Positions 10,123-18,769 of a stretch of 64,000 bases of DNA are shown here, in pieces. The notes below the pieces were generated by a model. It worked only from the letters and a program-made list of their open reading frames with translations, made no database searches and had not been told where the DNA came from. A program made the position numbers and the translations under genes. Position 1 is the stretch's first letter. Each line of letters starts with the position of its first letter. The DNA lies in contig CAWFFH010000003.1 of NCBI GenBank assembly GCA_963815095.1, positions 32,001-96,000 of the forward strand, given 5' to 3'. Source of the stretch: Candidatus Bathyarchaeota archaeon (lineage in GTDB: Archaea; Thermoproteota; Bathyarchaeia; Bathyarchaeales; Bathycorpusculaceae).

Positions 10123-10776
10123 TTAGTGTTTTATAGTTTTTCCTTTTCTTTGAGGTTTATGAGCGGACCAGCATTTGCGGCAATAGACAGGTTTGTCTGC
10201 TTTTGGTTTAAAGGGCAATTCGCATTCGGTTCCGCATTCGCTGCATACTGCGTTGAAGGCTTGTTGGGTGTGGAACTGTTTGAACATCTGGTAGTTTTTT
10301 AGGCGTGGCCAACCTGTTTTGGCGTATTGTAACATTTCGGGGTTATCTTTGAGCCAACGCATCATATGGAAGAAGCTTTTGCCTCGTTTTTCATCTCGCT
10401 CCACCAATGGTTCGTAGCCTAGGTTGCGGATTTCATCTAAGTAAGCGATTTCCACGAGTCTTTGGGTTTCACCGACCACATGGATGCGTTTGACGCGGTT
10501 TTCTCCGTAGACTTTTTGAAGCTCCTCCGCGGCAACATCGAAAATGCAGCCTTGGCAAATGTGAATTTCTTCTTCAGCTGCAAGGTTGAATTTTGAGACA
10601 AGTTTGGAGACGACACGGCTGGATTCTTGGAGGTACTCTTTTTCGCGGAAAATATCTTGGTAGAATCTAACGTCGATTAGGTCGTATTTGAATTCGCCCG
10701 TCGGTTCATGGTAGGCACCAACCACAACTCCGAACAATAAATCTCCGCTGCCAGCGTCATCAACTATAAGGGTCAA
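10123..10776 (-). CDS. RNase H-like-fold protein fused to a C-terminal CxxC-x17-CxxC zinc ribbon
   Basis: N-terminal IVDDAGSGD (compare RNase HII GxDEAGRG); C-terminal CSEC-GTECELPFKPKADKPVY-CRKC. Confidence 0.7.
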   Translation of the reverse strand: MTLIVDDAGSGDLLFGVVVGAYHEPTGEFKYDLIDVRFYQDIFREKEYLQESSRVVSKLVSKFNLAAEEEIHICQGCIFDVAAEELQKVYGENRVKRIHVVGETQRLVEIAYLDEIRNLGYEPLVERDEKRGKSFFHMMRWLKDNPEMLQYAKTGWPRLKNYQMFKQFHTQQAFNAVCSECGTECELPFKPKADKPVYCRKCWSAHKPQRKGKTIKH

Positions 10777-11060
10777 TTAGCTCTATTCCCTCTCTTTCTT
10801 CCCAACCAGATACTCCATACATCTATAAAAACCGTCTTCCCAAAAAGTCAACAAAACCTGGGGAAAACAACATGTTAGGCTTTTGAACGGATTTTATCCC
10901 CAAGTTTCTTCGGATAACCTGTCTTCTATTATTGCCTTTTTAGCCGTAGATTTTGAGATTTTGGTGGATTGATGGAAACGTTTAAGTCAAACTTCGACCT
11001 TTAAATACTCGAAAAATAAGGAAACTTTTCCCGAATTTTCACATCGCATGGAGTAATTTA

Positions 11061-11270
11061 ATGTCTCAAAGAACAAATGTAACCGAAATCAAATGCAGTG
11101 ACTGCGGCAAATCCGCCACTGTTCCCTTCAAACCAACAGCAGGTAAACCTGTTTACTGTAGAGAATGCTTAGCAAAACATACCACTCACGGAAGCACCGA
11201 ACATAAAGGTTCGAATGCTGATTCTAGTAGTAGCCAAGCATGGTCCAGACGAAGAACCGACTGGAAATAA
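11061..11270 (+). CDS. CxxC-x17-CxxC zinc-ribbon protein
   Basis: CSDC-GKSATVPFKPTAGKPVY-CREC; GGAG Shine-Dalgarno; T-rich terminator downstream. Confidence 0.88.
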   Translation: MSQRTNVTEIKCSDCGKSATVPFKPTAGKPVYCRECLAKHTTHGSTEHKGSNADSSSSQAWSRRRTDWK

Positions 11271-11314
11271 CAAAAACAAAAGTATTATTTTTTAGTTTTT
11301 TTTAAAAAATTTTT

Positions 11315-11971
11315 TTATCTGACAGCTGCTGTTGCTAATTGTTGTTTAACACTTTCAGCAGAGCTTGGAAGTACGTTAAGAACACCGTTCTTCCCAAGCC
11401 TTAGTTGCCTCTCGCCCCTAAAAACACAAACCTGTGCATTTTTCAGCTCAATGTTGTTACCAACTGCGATTGATCCGATTTGTCCTTCCCAAAGGCAGAG
11501 TTTGGTTTTTCCAGTGTCATCTCCAACCAAAGCATTAACGACCATGACCGTGTTGCCGAATTGTGTGTGTACTTGAGCCGGTTTGGGTATTTCTATGACT
11601 TCGGCCTTTAAGTTGACACGTTTCATACCTGCCCTTAAATCATGGATTGAAGTGTAGATTGATTCGGTGTTTTGTTTAGCAATTTTTTTGCGAATCTTAT
11701 CTGTACTCATCCAACTCTCAAAAGGATTGTCTTTTCTTAAAAGGAACTCTTCACCAACACGGAACTGAGCAACAACGGCGCTATCTTTTGTTATTAGGAA
11801 AATTGTTTCGCCCTTTACTTTACCACGGTATTCAACTGTAAGATTGCCGCAAACTGCTTTTTCGTTGCTTCGTGCAGAAATTAACGCTTGGAAAACTTCG
11901 TTAGGATAAATGTTATATTTTACCGAAAGAAGCGCAAGATGCTCACCTAATGTTGATTTTTTCTGTCTCAA
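11315..11971 (-). CDS. OB-fold ssDNA-binding (RPA/SSB-like) protein with an N-terminal unknown domain
   Basis: C-terminal IHDLRAGMKRVNLKAEV...GDDTGK.KLCLWE OB fold; TTG start after GAGGGGT (the ORF track starts at 12013). Confidence 0.85.
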   Translation of the reverse strand: MRQKKSTLGEHLALLSVKYNIYPNEVFQALISARSNEKAVCGNLTVEYRGKVKGETIFLITKDSAVVAQFRVGEEFLLRKDNPFESWMSTDKIRKKIAKQNTESIYTSIHDLRAGMKRVNLKAEVIEIPKPAQVHTQFGNTVMVVNALVGDDTGKTKLCLWEGQIGSIAVGNNIELKNAQVCVFRGERQLRLGKNGVLNVLPSSAESVKQQLATAAVR

Positions 11972-12264
11972 ATTACCCCTCTCAAATATCGTCAAAGTTA
12001 AGAGAAAAAGCAACTACAGGGAAGCCATTTCATACTTTTTCTCAATTACCCCGAATATTTACCTAATAATACAATGTTAACTATATTAGGTTGACGATGG
12101 AAATTAGTGTTTCCCCAAATTATCGGTTTTAAATCGATTTTGAGTCACAGTTTATGCTCCAAATGGCAGAAACATTACTTAAGACAGGTGCTCAACTGTT
12201 TTTGATGGCTAATGAGAACTGTTAAAGCACTCAATTTATAAGCATCGATGATTAGATAAATTAT

Positions 12265-12291
12265 CTGTGCAGAAGAGACTCTTTTGCACAG
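12265..12291 (+). promoter_or_regulatory. Probable 5'-UTR hairpin of the 12319 microprotein gene
   Basis: CTGTGCAGAAGAG-A-CTCTTTTGCACAG lies about 25 nt after TTTATAAG and upstream of AGGAG. Confidence 0.55.
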
Positions 12292-12318
12292 CCAAAGTAG
12301 TAGGAGTTGAAATATCGA

Positions 12319-12459
12319 ATGTATAATAACAAAGAGATGCACAAGGCAACTTGCGCCGACTGCGGAAAAGAATGTGAAGTTCCTTTCAAGCCAGACGGAA
12401 CAAGGCCAGTTTATTGCCGAGAGTGCTACTCAAAACGTAGACCACCACGAAGATACTAA
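12319..12459 (+). CDS. 46-aa stand-alone CxxC-x17-CxxC protein MYNNKEMHKATCADCGKECEVPFKPDGTRPVYCRECYSKRRPPRRY (not in ORF track)
   Basis: Exact motif spacing; AGGAG Shine-Dalgarno; TATA box; poly-T downstream. Confidence 0.92.
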   Translation: MYNNKEMHKATCADCGKECEVPFKPDGTRPVYCRECYSKRRPPRRY

Positions 12460-12632
12460 GCATATTGCTAAGCATCTTTACAATCTTTAACAATTTTCTT
12501 TTTATTTTTATTTATTTTAAAAAAATTGCACGCTCCATTCTCTGGAGATCATTAAATCTATAATTTAGTAGCAAAAAATCAAAAGATAAAAACTAATAAA
12601 CGAGAAAAAACTCGTATTCGTTCAAAGTGCGT

Positions 12633-12770
12633 TTAGGATTTTTGTTCTGATCCAGTTCGCTTCTTGTTGTCAGTGAAATTTTTCTTTCCAGACTTCTTCC
12701 TTAGAACGCAATTTAGCCTAACAGAGGATTTACATCTGCGGCAATTTTTAACTAAACCTGCTCTTAACAT
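12633..12770 (-). CDS. Possible 45-aa basic microprotein with CxxC (MLRAGLVKNCRRCKSSVRLNCVLRKKSGKK...)
   Basis: ATG ORF in an otherwise empty AT-rich gap; weak GAAGGT upstream. Confidence 0.35.
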   Translation of the reverse strand: MLRAGLVKNCRRCKSSVRLNCVLRKKSGKKNFTDNKKRTGSEQKS

Positions 12771-13146
12771 ACACAATTCTATTTACCTTCATTTGTTTTT
12801 TGAAAAGAATCCGTTATACAGTTAGCTTATCCAAGAGGATAAAAGAAACTCTTCTCAAGCTGAATGCAGATGCCTGCATATAAAGGAATTGATGAAAAAA
12901 AAATTTTTGAAAAATATAATAGATTTCAAGCCGTTTTTTAAATAATCAGTCACTAAAAAAACCATCACCGGAAAATCTCCTAAATATATGGAAAAAAATT
13001 CCCAAAAGTTAATCATGCTAATATACCCGCTGCTTTCTTTAATGGTGTAAGGTTAGAATTCTTTAGAGGAAGAGTTAGACCACTTATTGGCTTTTTCTCA
13101 AAACTATTCTGATTATTAATAGGCGAAAGCCAACTAGGTGTAAAAA

Positions 13147-13455
13147 ATGGGTAAACGAAAAATTACAAACGAGGGCAGCCTCGACAGCATGGTCTTACCT
13201 TCCGCAAATGACGTATTAGGCATAGCTGTCAAGATGCTTGGAGCAGAAAGAATAACAGTTAAATGCCAAGATGGCAAAGAACGCATGTGCAGAGTGCGAG
13301 GCAAACTAAAAAGGCGTGTTTGGATAAGAGAAGGCGACATCGTTTTGGTTTCACCATGGGATTTCCAAGCTGATACAAGAGGAGATATTTTCTGGCGTTA
13401 CCGCAAAAACCAATCCGATTGGCTCCGAAGCCACAATTACCTCAAAATGGAGTAG
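13147..13455 (+). CDS. eif1a: Translation initiation factor aIF-1A
   Basis: KMLGAERITVKCQDGKERMCRVRGKLKRRVWIREGDIVLVSPWDFQ; AGGTG Shine-Dalgarno. Confidence 0.96.
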   Translation: MGKRKITNEGSLDSMVLPSANDVLGIAVKMLGAERITVKCQDGKERMCRVRGKLKRRVWIREGDIVLVSPWDFQADTRGDIFWRYRKNQSDWLRSHNYLKME

Positions 13456-13467
13456 GAGGGCACAAAC

Positions 13468-13638
13468 ATTATTCTAAAATGCACAGATTGCGGAAATACC
13501 TTCAAACGAGACGGCCTAAAAGATGGGGAAATTGTTGCTTGTCCAATTTGCGAAGCTGACTACCAAGTATTAGTTAAAGATGGGAAAATCGAAATAATTG
13601 AATACGTCTACGAAGGTCCGGACGTAGGCGAATTATAA
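13468..13638 (+). CDS. 56-aa LysW-like zinc-ribbon protein with a non-canonical ATT start (not in ORF track)
   Basis: (M)ILKCTDCGNTFKRDGLKDGEIVACPICEADYQVLVKDGKIEIIEYVYEGPDVGEL; GGAGG 8 nt before ATT; no ATG/GTG/TTG in frame before the first CxxC. Confidence 0.8.
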   Translation: MILKCTDCGNTFKRDGLKDGEIVACPICEADYQVLVKDGKIEIIEYVYEGPDVGEL

Positions 13639-13703
13639 GCCATTTTTTAACAAAATTTAAACTTTTTTAAAAAAAAATAATATTATTTAATAAAATAAAA
13701 TTT

Positions 13704-13973
13704 TTAGCTGGTTAGTTCAACAATTGAACCTATAGCTTGACCTGGAACTCCGCGAATGAATCTTACTCTAACCATGCCGTTTTTACCGTGTGCACCTCGA
13801 ATTTTTCCAACAAGCTTGGTTGTTCCATTCTTCCATGTAACTTTTTGCCCAATTAGCTTGCTTGCAGAACCTACTGAAGTAACATTTTCAAATTCAATTA
13901 GGCACTCGTTTGATGTTTGTTCTTTGGGTCCAGTTCTGTAATTAGTTATTCTTCCATGAACTTTTTGAGACAA
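13704..13973 (-). CDS. rpl35ae: 50S ribosomal protein L35Ae (eL33)
   Basis: GRITNYRTG..Q...ECLI, GKI.GAHGKNG.VRVRF..G.PGQAIG; TTG after GGTGA. Confidence 0.93.
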   Translation of the reverse strand: MSQKVHGRITNYRTGPKEQTSNECLIEFENVTSVGSASKLIGQKVTWKNGTTKLVGKIRGAHGKNGMVRVRFIRGVPGQAIGSIVELTS

Positions 13974-14130
13974 AATACTCACCGTTAAGCCTTCCATTCT
14001 AAGGTGTGCTTGCTTTTAAAGCTGTGCTATTCAACGTTCATATACGACCCGTTTCGTTGACAGTTGATTCGTTAATCGTTAAAACTTTTATTGTATCTAA
14101 CTAATTAATGAAGCAGGAGAGGACGCTTAA

Positions 14131-14907
14131 ATGAAACAGTTTCTCATAACACCTCAAGTAGGAAAACGACTAATCGCTATAACAATAGCAAAGCACCCAG
14201 CCATAATTAAAGCAATAAAAAATGGAACCTTAGTAATCGTAGCTGGAACAACAAACGGATACGTTGCCGAAGAAATCCTAAAAACTCACAAAATAGCAAA
14301 TGACTTCTCAAGAAAGCATTTCTTCCGCGGTATAACCATGCCACCCACTAAAACAGTAACCGCAGAAGGAAGGTTAACGGACGAGAGCAAGTTTCCCGGA
14401 GATGTTATAATAACTAAAGGCATCTGGCAAAAAGGGAAAACAATTGCTGATGTCATTGACGACCTCAACGAAGGGGACGTCATCTTGAAGGGAGCAAACG
14501 CTCTGGATTTAACCCATAGACAAGCGGCTATTTTGATTGGACACCCTAAAGCTGGAACTATAGGTTTAGCATTGCCTGCTGTTGTAGGTCGCCGAGTAAG
14601 ACTCATAATTCCTGTTGGCTTAGAGAAACGTGTAAATGGCGATTTAAACGAACTTGCCGAAAAGCTTAATGCGCCAAGTGCAGGTGGGTACCGTTTGTTG
14701 CCTGTCAATGGTGAAGTGTTCACTGAATTGGATGCGTTGAGAGCTTTAACAGCGGCTAATGTAGAGCTGATCGCTGCGGGTGGCGTTTGTGGTGCAGAAG
14801 GCGCTTGTTGGATTTCTGTCACAGGGGAAGAAGAACAAGAGGAGTTTGCCGAGCAAATTATTGCGTCGGTGGCTGATGAACCACCGTTTAGCTCGGATTT
14901 TCTTTAA
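14131..14907 (+). CDS. Conserved hypothetical protein (possibly NagB/RpiA/CoA-transferase-like fold)
   Basis: [39 protein letters not shown]; GGAG Shine-Dalgarno; the fold call is tentative. Confidence 0.7.
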   Translation: MKQFLITPQVGKRLIAITIAKHPAIIKAIKNGTLVIVAGTTNGYVAEEILKTHKIANDFSRKHFFRGITMPPTKTVTAEGRLTDESKFPGDVIITKGIWQKGKTIADVIDDLNEGDVILKGANALDLTHRQAAILIGHPKAGTIGLALPAVVGRRVRLIIPVGLEKRVNGDLNELAEKLNAPSAGGYRLLPVNGEVFTELDALRALTAANVELIAAGGVCGAEGACWISVTGEEEQEEFAEQIIASVADEPPFSSDFL

Positions 14908-14917
14908 TGCATTGAGT

Positions 14918-15115
14918 TTATTCTTGCCCATGCATCATCATGCCCATGCCGTGGCCCTTCCTTCTTTCACCCATATTCTTTCTCATTATGTCCGCACCCT
15001 GAGCTGCTAAATCCATCATCATATCAATGTCTTGCCTAACTAATTCCATTACGGGCTGGTTTAATTCCATTTCAAAAGTAAACTTCACTTTTCCACTCTT
15101 GTCTGCTTTTTCCAT
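14918..15115 (-). CDS. 65-aa Met-rich small protein
   Basis: AGGAGGTG Shine-Dalgarno; paralogous to 53133-53285. Confidence 0.8.
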   Translation of the reverse strand: MEKADKSGKVKFTFEMELNQPVMELVRQDIDMMMDLAAQGADIMRKNMGERRKGHGMGMMMHGQE

Positions 15116-15320
15116 AAACGCACCTCCTAAATACCAAAATAGTCAATTAACCCTGTTTTATGGTTAACGATTGTATTCTTAAATGTAAGTGGCTGTGCTA
15201 ACACAACAACAATTTTGTTTTGCCGCAGTTTTTCGTTTTTTTGGAGGCTTGGTCGATTTTTGTCAAACTTTATATAACAGGTTGGATAATCCATCCACAT
15301 AAAAGGGGTTTAAGGAAATT

Positions 15321-16289
15321 ATGAACAAAAAATATGGTCTCTATATCATTGCTGTGATAATAATTGTGTCTATTGTTTCAGCCGCTTTCATTTACAATGG
15401 CAGCCTTTCGAATTCAGGATCAAGCAATCAGAGTGCAATCTCTGTCATAGACGACGAAGGCTATACGACTAACTTAACTTCAGTTCCTCAAAGAATCATA
15501 TCCCTTGCTCCAAGTAACACCCAAATCGTTTTCGGCATCGGAGTAGGGAACAGAGTCGTCGGCGTAACTGACTACGACCATTACCCGTACAACTTTACTG
15601 CCTGGATAGCTGCAGGCAACATGACCAGCGTTGGAGGATTCTCGACACCTAACAAAGAAACCATCGCATCACTAAACCCAGACCTAATTCTTGCCACTCC
15701 CATAAACGACCCAGACGTTGTCACGTTGAGAAACTTGGGCTACAAAGTCTTAGTACTCAACCCTAACGATGTAAATGGCGTATTGGCAGACATCAACATG
15801 GTTGGCAAAGCAACAGACGCAACACAAAACGCTTCAACCTTAGTAAATTCATTAACAAGCCAAATCGACGCTATACAGGCAAAGATAGCCGCCGCTAACT
15901 TACCTAAACCAAAAGTGTACTATGAAGTATGGACTCCCCCAATAATGTCCGCTGGCGAAAACTCCTTCATCAATGACGTTATCTCAAAGGCTGGAGGAAT
16001 CAACATCTTCGAGAACGAAACCCAACAGTACCCAACCGTAAGCTCAGAAACAATAGTCCAAAAGAACCCAGACGTCATATTACTTCCAACTGACATGGCA
16101 AACCCAGGGGATACACCCTTCTACGGGAGCGTAAACGAAGTTAAAGCTAGACCAGGCTGGAGTTCGATTAACGCAGTACAGAACAACCGCATAATTGTTG
16201 TTAATGGTGACCTCTTTGCTGAAGCAGGACCAAGAATCGCCGACCAAATCCAAGCAGCAGTCCAAGCGTTTTACCCATCACTTTTTTAA
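15321..16289 (+). CDS. btuF: Cobalamin/corrinoid ABC transporter substrate-binding protein
   Basis: N-terminal TM anchor; PQRIISLAPSNT, VGVTDY, LNPDLILA, AGGINIF; next to cbiZ. Confidence 0.85.
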   Translation: MNKKYGLYIIAVIIIVSIVSAAFIYNGSLSNSGSSNQSAISVIDDEGYTTNLTSVPQRIISLAPSNTQIVFGIGVGNRVVGVTDYDHYPYNFTAWIAAGNMTSVGGFSTPNKETIASLNPDLILATPINDPDVVTLRNLGYKVLVLNPNDVNGVLADINMVGKATDATQNASTLVNSLTSQIDAIQAKIAAANLPKPKVYYEVWTPPIMSAGENSFINDVISKAGGINIFENETQQYPTVSSETIVQKNPDVILLPTDMANPGDTPFYGSVNEVKARPGWSSINAVQNNRIIVVNGDLFAEAGPRIADQIQAAVQAFYPSLF

Positions 16290-16319
16290 CTCCACATAAC
16301 CTTTTTTTTGTGTTAATCT

Positions 16320-17402
16320 ATGATAACGGACAAGGTTAAAGAGAAATATTCCAATCGTTCTTCAAGATGGAAGCTAATTGTTTTACTGTTGATTGTGGCG
16401 CTTGTCGCCGCCGTGATTCTCTGCTTAAACATAGGTTTTGCACCTATCAGTTTCTCTGAAATACTTGCAATTTTAGGTAAGCAAATTCCGTTTCTAAATC
16501 ATTACATTGGATCTTCATCTGTTTCCTCCATAAACGAAGCAATCATAATTCAAATTCGTCTACCCCGTATACTTGCGGGGGCTTTAGTTGGAGCTGGCTT
16601 AGCAGCCGCGGGCGTCATGTACCAAGGCGTCTTCAGGAACCCAATGGCTGACTCCTACCTTCTTGGAGCTTCAGCAGGAGCATCTTTCGCCTATACTTTA
16701 GCAGTTATATATGCGGGTTCACTGGCACTCAACTTTTTCGGATTGGGATTTTTCCAAGTTGTTGCTTTCTTAGGCGCCGTCTTAACGGTCTTTTTGGTTT
16801 ACTTCATGTCACGTACTGGAAACAAGGTTCCAATAACGACCCTTTTGCTGTCAGGCATTGTTGTGAACATATTTATTCTGGCGCTTCAAACGGTCTTCGA
16901 GTTACGCTCGGGTAAAGCCCTAATCGGTATTGTCGCTTGGATAGCAGGCGGATTCTCAAACATCACCTGGATCAATGTTTATGTTGTTTTTCCATTTGTC
17001 TTAATAGGAATAGTAATTGCATATTTCTTTACTAAAGATCTCAACATGCTTTCCATGGGTGACGACACAGCTCAACATTTAGGCGTTAACACGGAGAGGG
17101 TGCGGCAGATTCTTCTGTTAATTAGCTCTTTGATTACAGGTGCCGTGGTATCAATCAGTGGTGTCATCGGGTTCGTCGGTCTTATCATTCCTCATATGAC
17201 GCGGTTAGTTATCGGACCTGACCATAGAATTCTTTTGCCCACATCGGCAATCGTTGGTGCTATATTCCTCATACTCTGTGATTCTCTTGCACGTGTTGCA
17301 ACAGGAGCATCAGAACTGCCAGTAGGGGTCATAACTGCTCTAGCTGGAACCCCATTCTTTATCTATCTGCTTAGGAAAAGAAAAACAAGTTACTCTCTAT
17401 AG
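16320..17402 (+). CDS. btuC: FecCD/BtuC-family ABC permease
   Basis: IRLPR, QGVFRNPMAD, A.HLGVN, GVIGFVGLIIPH, LPVG. Confidence 0.9.
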   Translation: MITDKVKEKYSNRSSRWKLIVLLLIVALVAAVILCLNIGFAPISFSEILAILGKQIPFLNHYIGSSSVSSINEAIIIQIRLPRILAGALVGAGLAAAGVMYQGVFRNPMADSYLLGASAGASFAYTLAVIYAGSLALNFFGLGFFQVVAFLGAVLTVFLVYFMSRTGNKVPITTLLLSGIVVNIFILALQTVFELRSGKALIGIVAWIAGGFSNITWINVYVVFPFVLIGIVIAYFFTKDLNMLSMGDDTAQHLGVNTERVRQILLLISSLITGAVVSISGVIGFVGLIIPHMTRLVIGPDHRILLPTSAIVGAIFLILCDSLARVATGASELPVGVITALAGTPFFIYLLRKRKTSYSL

Positions 17403-17410
17403 GATGGCTG

Positions 17411-18769
17411 ATGAACATGGTAGTACTTAGCGTGGACGGAGTCGAATGTCGCTACGGCTCAGTGAAAATATTGGAAGACGTTAACTTCACTGTCAAGGAA
17501 GGTGATTTCGTCGGGATTGTAGGACCTAACGGTTCAGGAAAAACTACCCTGCTAAAAAGCATCAGTCGAACCCTCAAACCCTACAAAGGAACCATCATCC
17601 TCGATAAATCCGACATTTACAGCCTAAAAAGCGTGGAATTAGCTAAACAAATGGCTATAGTTCCGCAAGAAAACAACATCGGGTTCAGCTTTACAGCACT
17701 AGACATCGTGTTAATGGGACGCAACCCCCATATGAAAAGATTCCAAATGGAATCAGAAAGCGACTTAACTATCGTCCGCAAAGCGATGAATCGAACCAAC
17801 ACTTGGCATCTAGCTGACCGCCCCATAAACGAGCTAAGCGGCGGAGAAAAACAACGCGTCGTCATCGCCCGCGCCCTAGCACAAGAACCCAAAGTCCTCT
17901 TGCTTGATGAACCACTAACACATCTGGACATGATTAATCAGCTTGAAATCATGGACCTTGTAAAAGAATTATGTATCAAGGAACGTTTGATTGTTTTAGA
18001 AGTTATCCACGACTTAAACCTTGCAGCACGTTATTGCAGTTCAATCCTGCTTATCAAAGAAGCAAAAATCTTTGCAGCTGGACCTGTCGAGAATGTTTTG
18101 ACGAGTGAAAACATAAAGGCTGTCTTTAACGTTGACGCAATTGTAAAGAAAAGTCTGATAACAAATTCGCTTTTCATCATTCCGCTCACCCCTCAGAAGC
18201 CATCTACTCCACGCAACTGCGCCATCCACCTTATTGCAGGGGCAGGAACAGGAACAGTTGTGATGAAAGCTTTGGTAGATGAAGGCTATGAAGTGACAGC
18301 GGGTGTCCTCAACATGCTTGACACAGATTACGAGACTGCGGAGCTTCTCAAGATTCCGACGGTCAGCGAGGCACCTTTTTCACCTATAACTGACCAGACA
18401 AAGCGATCACTCTTGGAAATGATAAAAAAATCTGCTATAATTGTGGTGACGTCAGTTCCGTTTGGTTATGGCAACCTCTCTAACTTGGAGACAGCACTTG
18501 ATGCGGTTAAACGAGGCATCAAAACATATGTGATCGATGAAGTGCCTATTGAAAGCCGAGACTTCACCGCTGGCAAGGCTACAGCCCTAATGGCGGAACT
18601 GAAGAAAGCAGGCGCCATTTTCATCAAACACCCCTCTGAATTACCCACGCTTGTTAATGCATCCCATGCAAAGATGGAGTTGCTCAAGCGTCAACCTGAG
18701 ATTCCAGGTCACATGAAAGATAAACCCAAACCAATCGCACAAACAATTGACGAAAAGGAGACCGCTTAA
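17411..18769 (+). CDS. btuD: Corrinoid/iron-chelate ABC ATPase with a C-terminal extension domain
   Basis: GPNGSGKT, LSGGEKQR, LLDEP, HDLNLAARY, plus an extra domain of about 190 aa (HLIAGAGTG, GVLNMLDTD). Confidence 0.88.
   Translation: MNMVVLSVDGVECRYGSVKILEDVNFTVKEGDFVGIVGPNGSGKTTLLKSISRTLKPYKGTIILDKSDIYSLKSVELAKQMAIVPQENNIGFSFTALDIVLMGRNPHMKRFQMESESDLTIVRKAMNRTNTWHLADRPINELSGGEKQRVVIARALAQEPKVLLLDEPLTHLDMINQLEIMDLVKELCIKERLIVLEVIHDLNLAARYCSSILLIKEAKIFAAGPVENVLTSENIKAVFNVDAIVKKSLITNSLFIIPLTPQKPSTPRNCAIHLIAGAGTGTVVMKALVDEGYEVTAGVLNMLDTDYETAELLKIPTVSEAPFSPITDQTKRSLLEMIKKSAIIVVTSVPFGYGNLSNLETALDAVKRGIKTYVIDEVPIESRDFTAGKATALMAELKKAGAIFIKHPSELPTLVNASHAKMELLKRQPEIPGHMKDKPKPIAQTIDEKETA

Noticed and set aside
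13453-13455. Genome-wide amber recoding
   Set aside because: Several genes in the window end at TAG at their expected C-terminus (for example btuC, DUF2284, pncB, bcp), and no pyl genes are in the window.
15116-15320. Cobalamin riboswitch upstream of btuF
   Set aside because: No B12-box-like motif; the region is AT-rich and the TATA box lies only about 45 nt from the start codon.
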